A stretch of 32,000 bases of DNA from assembly GCA_054661495.1 (NCBI GenBank), contig BAAFSQ010000054.1:1-32000 (forward strand). The letters are read 5' to 3'. Of the stretch, positions 1 through 8,873 are shown piece by piece; the first letter of the stretch is position 1, and the number at the start of each line of letters is the position of its first letter. Below the pieces are notes generated by a model. It was not told where the DNA came from. It saw nothing but the letters and a program-made list of their open reading frames with translations, and did no database searches. The DNA comes from Zygophlyctis sp. KS116. Lineage: Eukaryota; Fungi; Chytridiomycota. The position numbers were made by a program, and so were the translations under genes.

Positions 1-226
1 TGCATGCATTCAGAATGCAGTTGGAATCAAGCGAAGACGTAAATGGGCTAACTAGAAACTTAAATCATAATTCAAACTTAAAATGTATTTTTCAAATCCA
101 ACTAGCAGAGAGAGAATATTGAAATTCAGCATAATCTTCATAATGCCCAAGAAATATTAAATGCAGAATTAGAAAATGATTTTAAGACTGATTGGTGCCA
201 CACTCCCTAACCAAACGAGAAAAAGA

Positions 227-1206
227 ATGTCTGTTAAACCAAGAATTGTTAAGAGTGTTTCTGAACTACATGCATTTAGAAGATCATTAACTCCAAATTC
301 TAGAGTTGGATTTGTTCCTACAATGGTAATTTCCCTCTCTAACTCATAGGGCGCATTGCATCAAGGCCATTTGGATTTGGGTAATTTTATTACTATCTTA
401 TTATAGTCAAATCTGCTAGAAAACAATGTGATACCGTCATTGTTAGTATCTTTGTCAATCCCTCACAGTTTGGAGTTCATGAAGATTTGGATAAATATCC
501 CAGAACTGAATCGTCAGATGTCCAACTATTAGAGCGTGAATCTGCAGATATTGTTTTTATTCCAGCAGCCAATGAAATGTATCCATCAGGAATAAGTTTA
601 CATATTGATCAACAAATTGGAACATTTGTAACAGTTCTTGGTCTAAGCCATCAATTGTATTATTAAAACACTTTAATATTTAGAGAAGGTAAAGTACGTC
701 CTCAAATGTTTAGAGGAGTTGCAACTGTACTTTCAAAACTCTTTAATATTTCTCAACCTCATTCTGTATTCTTTGGACAAAAAGATATACAACAATGTGT
801 TGTAGTCAAAAGACTCATCAAGGACTTGTTATGGCCTATTAAAATGAATATTATACCTACAACTAGAGAGTCTGATGGATTAGCAATGAGTTCTAGAAAT
901 CGCTTTTTATCAGAACAAGAGCGTAAAGATGCTCCAATTCTCTATGAAGCATTAGAAAAAGGATTATCTGAATTTAAAAAAGGAATATTAGATCCTAAAC
1001 AGATTATAGAAATTGCTACAAACACAATTTCTAAAAACCCTCGAGTTGTTTTAGATTATCTTTCAATATCTGATCCAAATACGTTATCGGATTCCAAGAC
1101 TTTAGATAATGGGGCTATCTTCTCTGGAGCAATCAGAGTAGGGAAAACAAGAATTTTAGATAATCTCTTATTGGGAATGAATGCAACAGATTTGTCTGAA
1201 ATCTGA
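227..1206 (+). CDS. PAN6: Pantoate-beta-alanine ligase (pantothenate synthetase), 4 exons; introns 326-349, 381-406, 657-683
   Basis: Spliced translation MSVKPRIV...GFVPTM/GALHQGHLDL/VKSARKQCDTVIVSIFVNPSQF...FGQKD...RESDGLAMSSRN...RILDN contains the PanC motifs (HxGH, KMSKS-like AMSSRN). GT-AG introns of 24/26/27 nt restore the frame. Confidence 0.96.
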
Positions 1207-1216
1207 AAATTTTAAA

Positions 1217-2014
1217 ATGAATCAGGAAATGGTCTCTCTTGATGATGCATCAGCCGCTGATTCTGATGAATGTTTATCCAACTCTGATGCATCCAACTCT
1301 AATGAATCAATCTCCCAAACCAGTGATTTTAACGATCCATTTTCTATTCTATCTGCCTCTGATTTGAAAAAACATTCTGCAGCGCTTGAGTCATCGGGAG
1401 TAGTATATCTATCCCGAATCCCTCCATTCATGAAGCCAACTAAATTGCGATCTCTATTGGCAAAATATGGAAAGTTGGGAAGAATTTATTTAGCGCCAGA
1501 AGATGCTAAAATCACTGCTAAAAGGAAAAAGTACAAACACAATAAGAGAATTAATTATGTTGAAGGATGGGTGGAATTCCTAGATAAAAAGGTTGCTAGA
1601 AGAACTGCTGCTCATTTAAATAACAATATCATTGGTGGTAAAAAACGATCTTATTATCATGATGATATTTGGATAATGAAATATCTTCCTAAATTTAAAT
1701 GGAATCATTTAACAGAACAGATTGCTTATGAATTAGTAATTTTTTATTTGATCTCTAATCTGTAGAAAGTCAAGGATCAGAAATTAAAGACTGAACTTTC
1801 TCAGACTAGAAGAGAAAATAAAATCTACATGAATAATGTAGAAAAGGCAAAGATGATTAATAGCATCAAGGAAAAGAAATCTGCTAAAATTGAAGATTAT
1901 GATCAGTCTTCTTTATTAAAAAAGACTAGACAATTCAAACAACGTCCAGTCTTGGATGGAAAAAGGCCAGATAAAGATAAAACACTAAATATTCTATCGA
2001 GAATCTTTTCTTGA
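1217..2014 (+). CDS. ESF2: Pre-rRNA processing protein ESF2/ABT1 (RRM), intron 1736-1765
   Basis: GVVYLSRIPPFMKP...GRIYLAPE...EGWVEF...IGGKKRSYYHDDIWIMKYLPKFKWNHLTEQIAYE is the Esf2 signature. A 30-nt intron joins it to the 1829-2014 ORF frame. Confidence 0.93.
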
Positions 2015-2231
2015 TAGGAATTTGAAGGAATTTAATTCTTTCCATTTGTTATCATTTGCAGAATCTAGAATTTTAATAAAAACAAGAAACCATTTTCTGG
2101 ATGCTGGTAATTGGCATTGATTGGAATGTCTGGTAGTGGAATAGAATCTTTTCCATTTAATGAATTATAAGAATGCAGATAGGGAATATATCTAGAGTCC
2201 TAAAATGAGTTTTAATAATTACTTTGCTCAT
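1994..2231 (-). CDS. Small 62-aa protein, APC13/Swm1-like (anaphase-promoting complex subunit 13); introns 2200-2222 and 2065-2090; absent from ORF track
   Basis: ATG AGC AAA|gt..ag(23 nt)|GAC...G|gt..ag(26 nt)|AT...TAG gives MSKDSRYIPYLHSYNSLNGKDSIPLPDIPINANYQHPENDSANDNKWKELNSFKFLSRKDSR. The N-terminal (K/R)DS, the D-x-I/L-P core and the C-terminal KWxE/DL resemble Apc13. Confidence 0.72.
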
Positions 2232-2243
2232 TTCTGCCGCTTA

Positions 2244-3233
2244 ATGAAATTTCCAACCCGACTATTGTCTGATCGCCGCAAAAGATTAAAGGCGTTTGAT
2301 TATAATGGATTGTATGAAAGAGCTGTTGCAAGTCAAAAATGGGTCGGTGCTCATGTATCGGCTGCTGGTGGGCCTGCAAATGCAATTGTAAATGCTAGCT
2401 TTATCGGGTAAAAAGTGTAATTAACAAAAGTGCCACATCGTTCGGACTCTTTTTAAGTTCGCAGAGGAAATGGGATAGTAAACAGTACTCTGATGATCAG
2501 ATCAAGGATTTTATTGATAGAATAGAGGAATTTGGATATTCTCATATTTTACCTCATGGATCGTACTTGGTTAATTTAGCAAGTCCGGAACAAGAGACTA
2601 GAAGAAAATCTCTTGATTGGTTTCTACAAGATCTTAAAAAATGTGAATCTTTAGGGATTAAATTATACAATTTTCATCCTGGGAGTTGTACTAGTACCGG
2701 TACTAAAGATGAATCACTGCAATATATATCATATGCTTTAAATAAGGCTCATTTGGAAACTAGAAATGTAATTACAGTCTTGGAAAATTCAGCCGGACAA
2801 GGATTTAGTCTTGGTGCAAAATTTGAAGAATTAAAGGCAATCATTGACTCTGTAGATGAAAAATCAAGAGTCGGAGTATGTCTTGATACTTGTCATTTGT
2901 TTGCTGCAGGTTATGTACTTTTTACACGCTTAATCCTAGGATATTTCAACCAGTGAATCTTTTGAAAGAGTAATGAAGGAATTTGAATCAGTAATTGGAC
3001 TAGAATATCTCATGGCGATTCATTTAAATGATTCTAAAGAAGAATTAGGATCTAGAAAAGATCGTCATGAAAATATAGGAAAAGGTAAAATTGGACTGGA
3101 ATGTTTCAAATATCTCATGAATGATTATAGATTTAACAATATGCCTCTAATCCTGGAAACACCTCTTGGAAAATCACAAGATTTCTCTATTTGGGAAAAG
3201 GAAATTGATCTCTTGTACAATTTAATAAATTGA
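2244..3233 (+). CDS. APN1: AP endonuclease 1 (endonuclease IV family); introns 2408-2430, 2915-2939; start 2244 (2205 alternative)
   Basis: Motifs GAHVSAAGG, PHGSYLVNL, NFHPG, LENSAG, VCLDTCHLFAAGY/D, HLNDSK, DRHENIG, LILETP (tri-Zn EndoIV ligands). Confidence 0.95.
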
Positions 3234-3262
3234 TTCTTTTATTTATTAATGCATGCTTAATC

Positions 3263-4059
3263 TTAAAATCTTTCCTTCATTCTTGCACTGATAGATCTTA
3301 ATTTTGAATAAACCTTTCCAGGAGATGATCCTCTAATCAATGCAACCATTGAATCTCTTGCAATTTTTATATTTTGAAATGATCCTAGAATATGAATTTT
3401 AGTATCTGCAACAACAACTCTAGTTCTGGTTGTATTCTCAATTGTATATTTTGTTTTTCCATCTTTTCCTACAAGTCTTGCTATAGCTCTAGAAAGATTA
3501 TCACCGGCTAGAGTTCGAACATCTTTAATCTCAAAACTATCAACAAATAAATCATCTAATCTTAGTAATGCCATTGCATCCTATAAATATTAAAAAGAGA
3601 AAAATACCTCCAAATCGAATCCTAATCCATATGCTCTTACAAAATCTGCACCTTTTTGTAATGCACCAATATCCTCTGTTTGAGCGCAAGACCTCAATTC
3701 AACAGATTTACTTCTAATATTCATTCGGACTTGCAATTTCATGTGCTCCACCAATGGCGTATAAATTTTTAACCAATCCTTCTTCAATGGAGTCATTCGA
3801 TGTGGGGGGATGGGGACTCTTCTGGTTTCTATTTTACCATCCTAATGTATTAGACCATAAAGACTCAGAAATATGAATTATCATCAATGGCTTGTTCAGT
3901 GCTTGACTCTTAAAATCTCATCATTGTCCGTTTAAAGTAATTTACCTTTAATTCACTTGGATGGATTGGATCAAAAGATGGCCTGGATGATGCATCAATT
4001 GGCATCTCATCTAGCGGTTCAAATTTAGAGGCATCAATGGTCTCCATAATAGTTTCCAT
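3263..4059 (-). CDS. PNO1: Pre-rRNA processing KH protein PNO1/DIM2; introns 3842-3945 (104 nt) and 3581-3607
   Basis: [27 protein letters not shown]...[21 protein letters not shown]...[19 protein letters not shown]...GSSPGKVY is the Pno1 signature. Confidence 0.95.
3861..3929 (-). ncRNA. Intronic box C/D snoRNA, snR66-like (guide for LSU rRNA Um2417, yeast numbering)
   Basis: Minus strand: GGAC stem, ATGATGA (C), guide AGAGTCAAGC, A, CTGA (D'), TGATGA (C'), CTGA (D), GTCT stem. The guide is complementary to the conserved LSU sequence GCUUGACUCU, and the D'+5 rule points to the second U. Confidence 0.85.
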
Positions 4060-4127
4060 TGCGGTTTTTCAGTAAAAAAAAACTGCGGAACCCTAACTAT
4101 AAAAATTTTACAAATTCCTTGTTTTTA

Positions 4128-6335
4128 TTAGTATGGGGAATTCACAATGTCCGACCTACTTTTAAGCATTTTGGTAGGAGTTTGCAAATTAGATTTATGA
4201 ATCATCTGAACATCTGAAGGAAGAGCAACTATTATTGAGCGATCTTGTCCAAACTTGAAGGAATCAGCAACAACTTCTTCTGCGTATTTCTTGATCTGAT
4301 AATCATACAAATGTCCAGCCTTAACTCTACGGAAATTCCAGGTTATAACATACGGTCCAGTTGAAGTAATAATGGTCTTTTCTTCATCTTGTCCGGTAGA
4401 AAACTTTGCAACGGTAAAGTTTATCTGGTGATTCATTAATGCTGCATGTTCTGGTTTAAGCTGAAGTCTTCTAGGAACTGGCTTCTTGTCTCCCATACTT
4501 TTTGTAAATCCTGTAGATGAAGACTCTTTAAGTTCAGTGTTTAAGATTAACAAGTAAGTTTTGCAAGTTGCTAATAACCATTTTCCACTTTCAGTAGTGT
4601 CAATTCCAATAATAGGATCTAATTTCTTAAATTCTTAAATTTACCTCCAAGTCCTGGAAGATGGGTTTTGGCTCTAATGTTTAACTTATTATAAAGTCTG
4701 ATATCTCCCTTCTTAGAGGCAACTGCTAATTCTCCTTTACCAGTTGTAACTGCACAACTAAAATCAGCTTTTGTAGCATATTGTTTGGATTCATTGACAA
4801 CACGCTTGGTTCCAGATAAACGAGGATCAATCCGAAATATAGAGTTTTTATTGATTCCAATAATGGTTTTTTGTGGAGTAAGCTGAGCGTATTTAGAGTC
4901 TGGGATCATTTCATGAACAGGTACATTTTCATCAACTTCCCACTCTAAAATAAGCTTTTATAATTTACCTTCCACAACTTTACCAGTTGTCAAATCCATC
5001 TTAAAGATTTTCTTATCATTCTTGTTATCCATCATTAACATTGAAGTGTCTTGTTCATGCAATAAGACTTTTCTAGGAGAAAAATATTCTCCTTTTAGAG
5101 TCTTTATATGAGGAATCATTGTTTGGAATTTTAATTGTTCGTCATCAGAATGATTAAAAACCCCAATTTTATCTCCACGGAAAACATAAGAACGATCACC
5201 TTTATATCCCACTGTTAAATTTGAATTCTGTTCAGGCATATTAAGTCCGGAAAAATCATTTTTTTCTACTTCCATATCACCACGCAAGTTTCTTGGAGCA
5301 ATTACTTCTTCTTCTTCCTCTTCTTCTTCAAAAGCATCCTCCATAACAGCATCTTCTTCATAAGCAGAAGTTATCCAGTCTTGATCAGCCTTTGAAACCT
5401 TTGCAAAGTCTTCCTTATTCAAAGTTTCATAAATACACTTTGAAAACATTGACTTGAATTCTTCAAAATCACTTGTAGAATTAAACTTTAAAGAGAATGA
5501 GAATGGACCTTTATCATCCTTGAACCAATTCCAAACAAATGAATTATGTTCCTTATTAAATGTAGGACTTGTATTAATAGCAATTTCTTGAGATAATATA
5601 GTATTTTCTATTGTTAAACACTTGAATTTACCTGATTTATCTATAAAAATCCCAAAGCTATATTTCCCTAAAGCCAAAAGACACACATCCACTTTATCAT
5701 GTAACCTCACAAACTGATCAAATCGCGCATCATACAAATAAAGCTCTGATTTAAGAGACATTAATTCTGAACCAGATTTCTGAATGATTATATAACTCTT
5801 GGATTCAAATTCATCTTCATTTTTTTCTACCAATGTTTCATTAGATTTAGAAAAATTACTATTTTTTTCAATAGTTCCCTTGTAATTAACTCTATAAACT
5901 TACTTTAACAAACTGATCAAACTCTTCCTGTGAATCGGGGAGCCTAGAGTATTGACGCTGAAACGCACATTGCATAAAGAACTGATAAAATTCACTTATA
6001 CTCTTTTTAGAGACTTGTAAAGTATCAGGAATAAATTGAAAAGAATCAATTCCTGAAGCCGATTCCAAATCTTTCCAAGTAAACTCTGTCGACATTTTTA
6101 GTTTTTCATCAATCAAAAAGCATTTTTCATCAAGAGTGTCTAAACATGAAATTATTAACTGGAACTGATGTTCTGCATCAGTCGAAAGGATTGATGCACT
6201 GGCCCTGGTAAAAACAACTATTGAATCGGCTTCTGCTGGACGTTTATGAACCAATTGTCCGCAAGCAAGTTGTGCCAGACATGCAGGTCCAGATTTTCCA
6301 AAAACAATATCAGAAATCTTTGTAAACAAATTCAT
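4128..6335 (-). CDS. VID27: VID27 (vacuolar import and degradation 27); introns 5879-5903, probable 5608-5631, 4945-4968, 4619-4644
   Basis: NSNLTVGYKGDRSYVFRGDKIGVF, FRIDPRLSG, AVASKKGDIRLY, AKTHLPGLG/DPIIGIDTT..GKWLLATCKTYLL, LQLKPEH and IITSTGPYVITWNF are Vid27 C-terminal motifs. Confidence 0.92.
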
Positions 6336-6373
6336 TTCTCAACGCAATTTCAACTTATCGGTCAGTGCCAAGG
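6039..6373. repeat. Direct repeat copy 1 (~335 bp; VID27 5' exon portion plus 38 bp upstream)
   Basis: Identical to 7674-8008 (offset 1635) except one substitution seen (ctctGtcgac vs ctctCtcgac). Confidence 0.97.
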
Positions 6374-6473
6374 GCGTTTGTACGGAGGTATAGATCGGAC
6401 ATACTCACACTCTTGGCAATCCAACACTCACATAACACGATTTGTCGACACAATCAATTTGAAACCATAGTGT

Positions 6474-7211
6474 TTATTTTTCATCATTTTTTCCAAACAC
6501 AGTATTTTCTTGATTCTCCAACACTCGGGAAACACTGTTAGAAGCTTCAAATAGACCATCAGCCAACTTTGATTGAGTAGGTATAAAGTTCAACTCAATT
6601 TTCACAGACTTTCCAGCTTGAGTTTTAGAAAAAGCCTTGATCTGATCCATCGTGCGAGTATTAACAACTTCAGCGATTCTTTTCCAATTTCCCCAACCAC
6701 ATTGCTGTACACCAGCTTTAAAAAGGACTACTTCAGAAGGCATCCACTTGCCAGAATGGTTTATACCCTGACATTCAGGTTCCTCAAGGCAATCAAACTT
6801 GCGCTTTTCTGATTTAGCATACAACTTTAGTTCCAAAGTAAGAATATCAGATTCTGATGATACATCCTCATATGCGAAAATGAGTTCTTCTTGACTACCT
6901 ATAATTTCGCCCGTATTTGGAATAGTTAGAACACATTTGAAATCAGGGTTCCAGGCTTCAACTCTTGACTGTAATTCAGCGAATGACTTTAATGGCTTCA
7001 ACTTTCTAGTAAGAGATGTCTCTCCAGTTTTCAATTCTACGACAATCCGCTTGAATCTTTTTGATACCTCCTTTATGACTTCAAATTTCCCAGTTACGGA
7101 AATAATAGCTTTTTCCAATTTGTTTGCATACGCTTGCCCATCAGATGATTCTTTAAAAAAAATGTTAGACCCCTGAGGAAGTTGCTCAACAACAGTAATA
7201 TCATTTTTCAT
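6474..7211 (-). CDS. Intronless 245-aa protein: putative ubiquitin-like/PB1-like domain plus a single SANT/Myb HTH domain
   Basis: GKWMPSEVVLFKAGVQQCGWGNWKRIAEVVNTRTMDQIKAF is a clear SANT/Myb repeat. The middle region (RIVVELKTG...SFAELQSRV...GEIIGSQEELIFAYE...LTLEL) follows a PB1/beta-grasp pattern (inference). Confidence 0.8.
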   Translation of the reverse strand: MKNDITVVEQLPQGSNIFFKESSDGQAYANKLEKAIISVTGKFEVIKEVSKRFKRIVVELKTGETSLTRKLKPLKSFAELQSRVEAWNPDFKCVLTIPNTGEIIGSQEELIFAYEDVSSESDILTLELKLYAKSEKRKFDCLEEPECQGINHSGKWMPSEVVLFKAGVQQCGWGNWKRIAEVVNTRTMDQIKAFSKTQAGKSVKIELNFIPTQSKLADGLFEASNSVSRVLENQENTVFGKNDEK

Positions 7212-7228
7212 TTTTCAGTTTTTTTCGG

Positions 7229-7310
7229 AGGGAGTCTGGCCAGTCCGGGTAGTCCGATAGTCCGATAGTCGGGGAAAGACATTTTACTACTCTCTACTAC
7301 CAGACCCCCC
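7229..7310. repeat. Short tandem/inverted repeats upstream of the Myb gene (TAGTCCGA-like x3-4; GGGAGTCTGG...CCAGACCCCC)
   Basis: cagtccgggtagtccgatagtccgatagtcggg, flanked by an imperfect inverted repeat. CTACTACC(A/G)GAC recurs at ~7294 and ~7408. Confidence 0.7.
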
Positions 7311-7565
7311 TTTAAGCAGCGTTGCTATTTTCAGATTTTTCCAGGGATATTCAGGGGAAATTATTGATCTATACTTAGTTGCATCTTCTACTTTCCAATC
7401 AGGGGTGCTACTACCGGACATCCCCTCAGGTCGCGTAGCAATCGATATGTTTTGGTTCTAGAGATCCTTTCTTGGATCAATTCGGCGCCAGAGTCCAGCT
7501 ACCTACAATTTCAGGCAATTAGATCCTTTTGAGTAATTAGATACAACTGCCCTTAATATGAAAAG

Positions 7566-8008
7566 ATCATACAAATGTCCAGATTGATTTAAGTCGGCAG
7601 GAATTTCAGGTAATTAGTAGATATGGTCCAGTTGAATTCATAAAGTTCCTTTTCATCATCTTGTCCAGTAGAAAAAAGAATCAATTCCTGAAGCCGATTC
7701 CAAATCTTTCCAAGTAAACTCTCTCGACATTTTTAGTTTTTCATCAATCAAAAAGCATTTTTCATCAAGAGTGTCTAAACATGAAATTATTAACTGGAAC
7801 TGATGTTCTGCATCAGTCGAAAGGATTGATGCACTGGCCCTGGTAAAAACAACTATTGAATCGGCTTCTGCTGGACGTTTATGAACCAATTGTCCGCAAG
7901 CAAGTTGTGCCAGACATGCAGGTCCAGATTTTCCAAAAACAATATCAGAAATCTTTGTAAACAAATTCATTTCTCAACGCAATTTCAACTTATCGGTCAG
8001 TGCCAAGG
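7566..8008 (-). pseudogene. Internally deleted VID27 copy: near-identical 5' part (7674-8008) fused to a degenerate 3' fragment (7566-7673, homologous to ~4302-4403)
   Basis: The 7656-7970 ORF repeats the first ~100 aa of VID27 and then stops. The adjacent blocks atcatacaaatgtccag, ggtccagttgaa and catcttgtccagtagaaaa align with the last VID27 exon with many substitutions and indels. Confidence 0.88.
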
Positions 8009-8039
8009 CTAGTACGGAGGCGTACAACGGTCCTGAACG

Positions 8040-8085
8040 GCGGCATCTATTGCGGCATCCTGACTATAAAAGGCATAATGCCGCA
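8040..8085 (+). promoter_or_regulatory. TATA box (8065-8071) flanked by inverted repeat TGCGGCAT/ATGCCGCA, with a third GCGGCAT copy
   Basis: gcggcat 8040-8046; tgcggcat 8051-8058; tataaaa 8065-8071; atgccgca 8078-8085; ATG at 8112. Confidence 0.55.
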
Positions 8086-8111
8086 CACTTTCTTTAAAAA
8101 ATTTAATCAAC

Positions 8112-8873
8112 ATGATCTTTTCAATTGCATTGCTAGCCATTCTAAGTTCAATCATGCCTGATGTGGCTGCTTATGAAATGAGTGTCATGTCCAGACAGTT
8201 TTATTACTTGGGCCTTGCAAACCTCGAGTCTACTACAAACATGCGACAAGTTCAATTTACATTTGGCTCTTACTATAGAGATTCATTCAATGTCTATCCG
8301 GGATCGGCAAATGCATTTACAATTTACGAAAATAACGTTGGTCTTCTTGTTAGTCAAGATATAAGCCCAAGGATTTCAATCAGATATAACGATAATGAAC
8401 ATGATACTTATAGAACCAACTGTTATGACTCTGTCGATGGGACAGATGTAATTTTGGAGTTTGAAGAACCATCCTCTGGAGAAGATTATAGACTTGCTTA
8501 TCGCTGCTGGAATATACGTGAATATAGACCAACATACCATTCTAATTACATAGATCCTCGGACGATTGTAATGAAATATCAGGATAATCTGCGTTGGTAT
8601 CATCGTCCTTCATCAGAAAGAAGAAGCTTGTTGGATATTGGAAAGTTTGGTACCTTGGGATTGAATCAAACTTGTAAGCCTTCTAGTGGGAATCCCAATC
8701 CTTGCAAAAGTCCATATTATTGTGCTTTGTTGGCAAACTCTCTCCCGGATGCTCAATATAAGTGCCTGGAGGCAGTTACCAAACCAAACTCTGCATGTTC
8801 CAGCACAAAACTCTGCATTTATCCCTTAACATGTAAGGTCTCAACTTCTGGATCAAAAGTTTGCCAAAGATAA
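8112..8873 (+). CDS. Intronless secreted protein (253 aa), unknown function; signal peptide, beta-rich domain, dibasic site, C-terminal 8-Cys double module
   Basis: Hydrophobic N-terminus MIFSIALLAILSSIMPDVAA; SSERR potential Kex2 site; CKPSSGNPNPCKSPYYC...KC and CSSTKLCIYPLTC...VC. Confidence 0.8.
   Translation: MIFSIALLAILSSIMPDVAAYEMSVMSRQFYYLGLANLESTTNMRQVQFTFGSYYRDSFNVYPGSANAFTIYENNVGLLVSQDISPRISIRYNDNEHDTYRTNCYDSVDGTDVILEFEEPSSGEDYRLAYRCWNIREYRPTYHSNYIDPRTIVMKYQDNLRWYHRPSSERRSLLDIGKFGTLGLNQTCKPSSGNPNPCKSPYYCALLANSLPDAQYKCLEAVTKPNSACSSTKLCIYPLTCKVSTSGSKVCQR

Noticed and set aside
1-226. Possible 3' end of an upstream gene (open frames ending at 122 or 210, intron-like 85-105)
   Set aside because: No consistent spliced model or recognisable protein could be built from the visible part.
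2205-2243. ORF-track start of APN1 at 2205
   Set aside because: It falls inside an intron of the opposite-strand microgene. ATG 2244 is more parsimonious, though 2205 is not excluded.
4060-4111. AACCCTAA telo-box and RRPE-like A/T tract upstream of PNO1
   Set aside because: Single short motifs in an AT-rich genome cannot be distinguished from chance without genome-wide statistics.
6246-7176. Plus-strand ORFs 6246-6470, 6573-6812, 6937-7176
   Set aside because: Antisense shadows of VID27 and the Myb gene with no recognisable features.
7241-7272. Tandem TAGTCCGA repeats as a CRISPR or telomeric array
   Set aside because: Eukaryotic context, no spacers, only 3-4 short units, internal position.
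7995-8013. CTAG|T at the end of the second VID27 repeat as a Helitron 3' end
   Set aside because: No convincing GC-rich subterminal hairpin and no identifiable 5' TC terminus.
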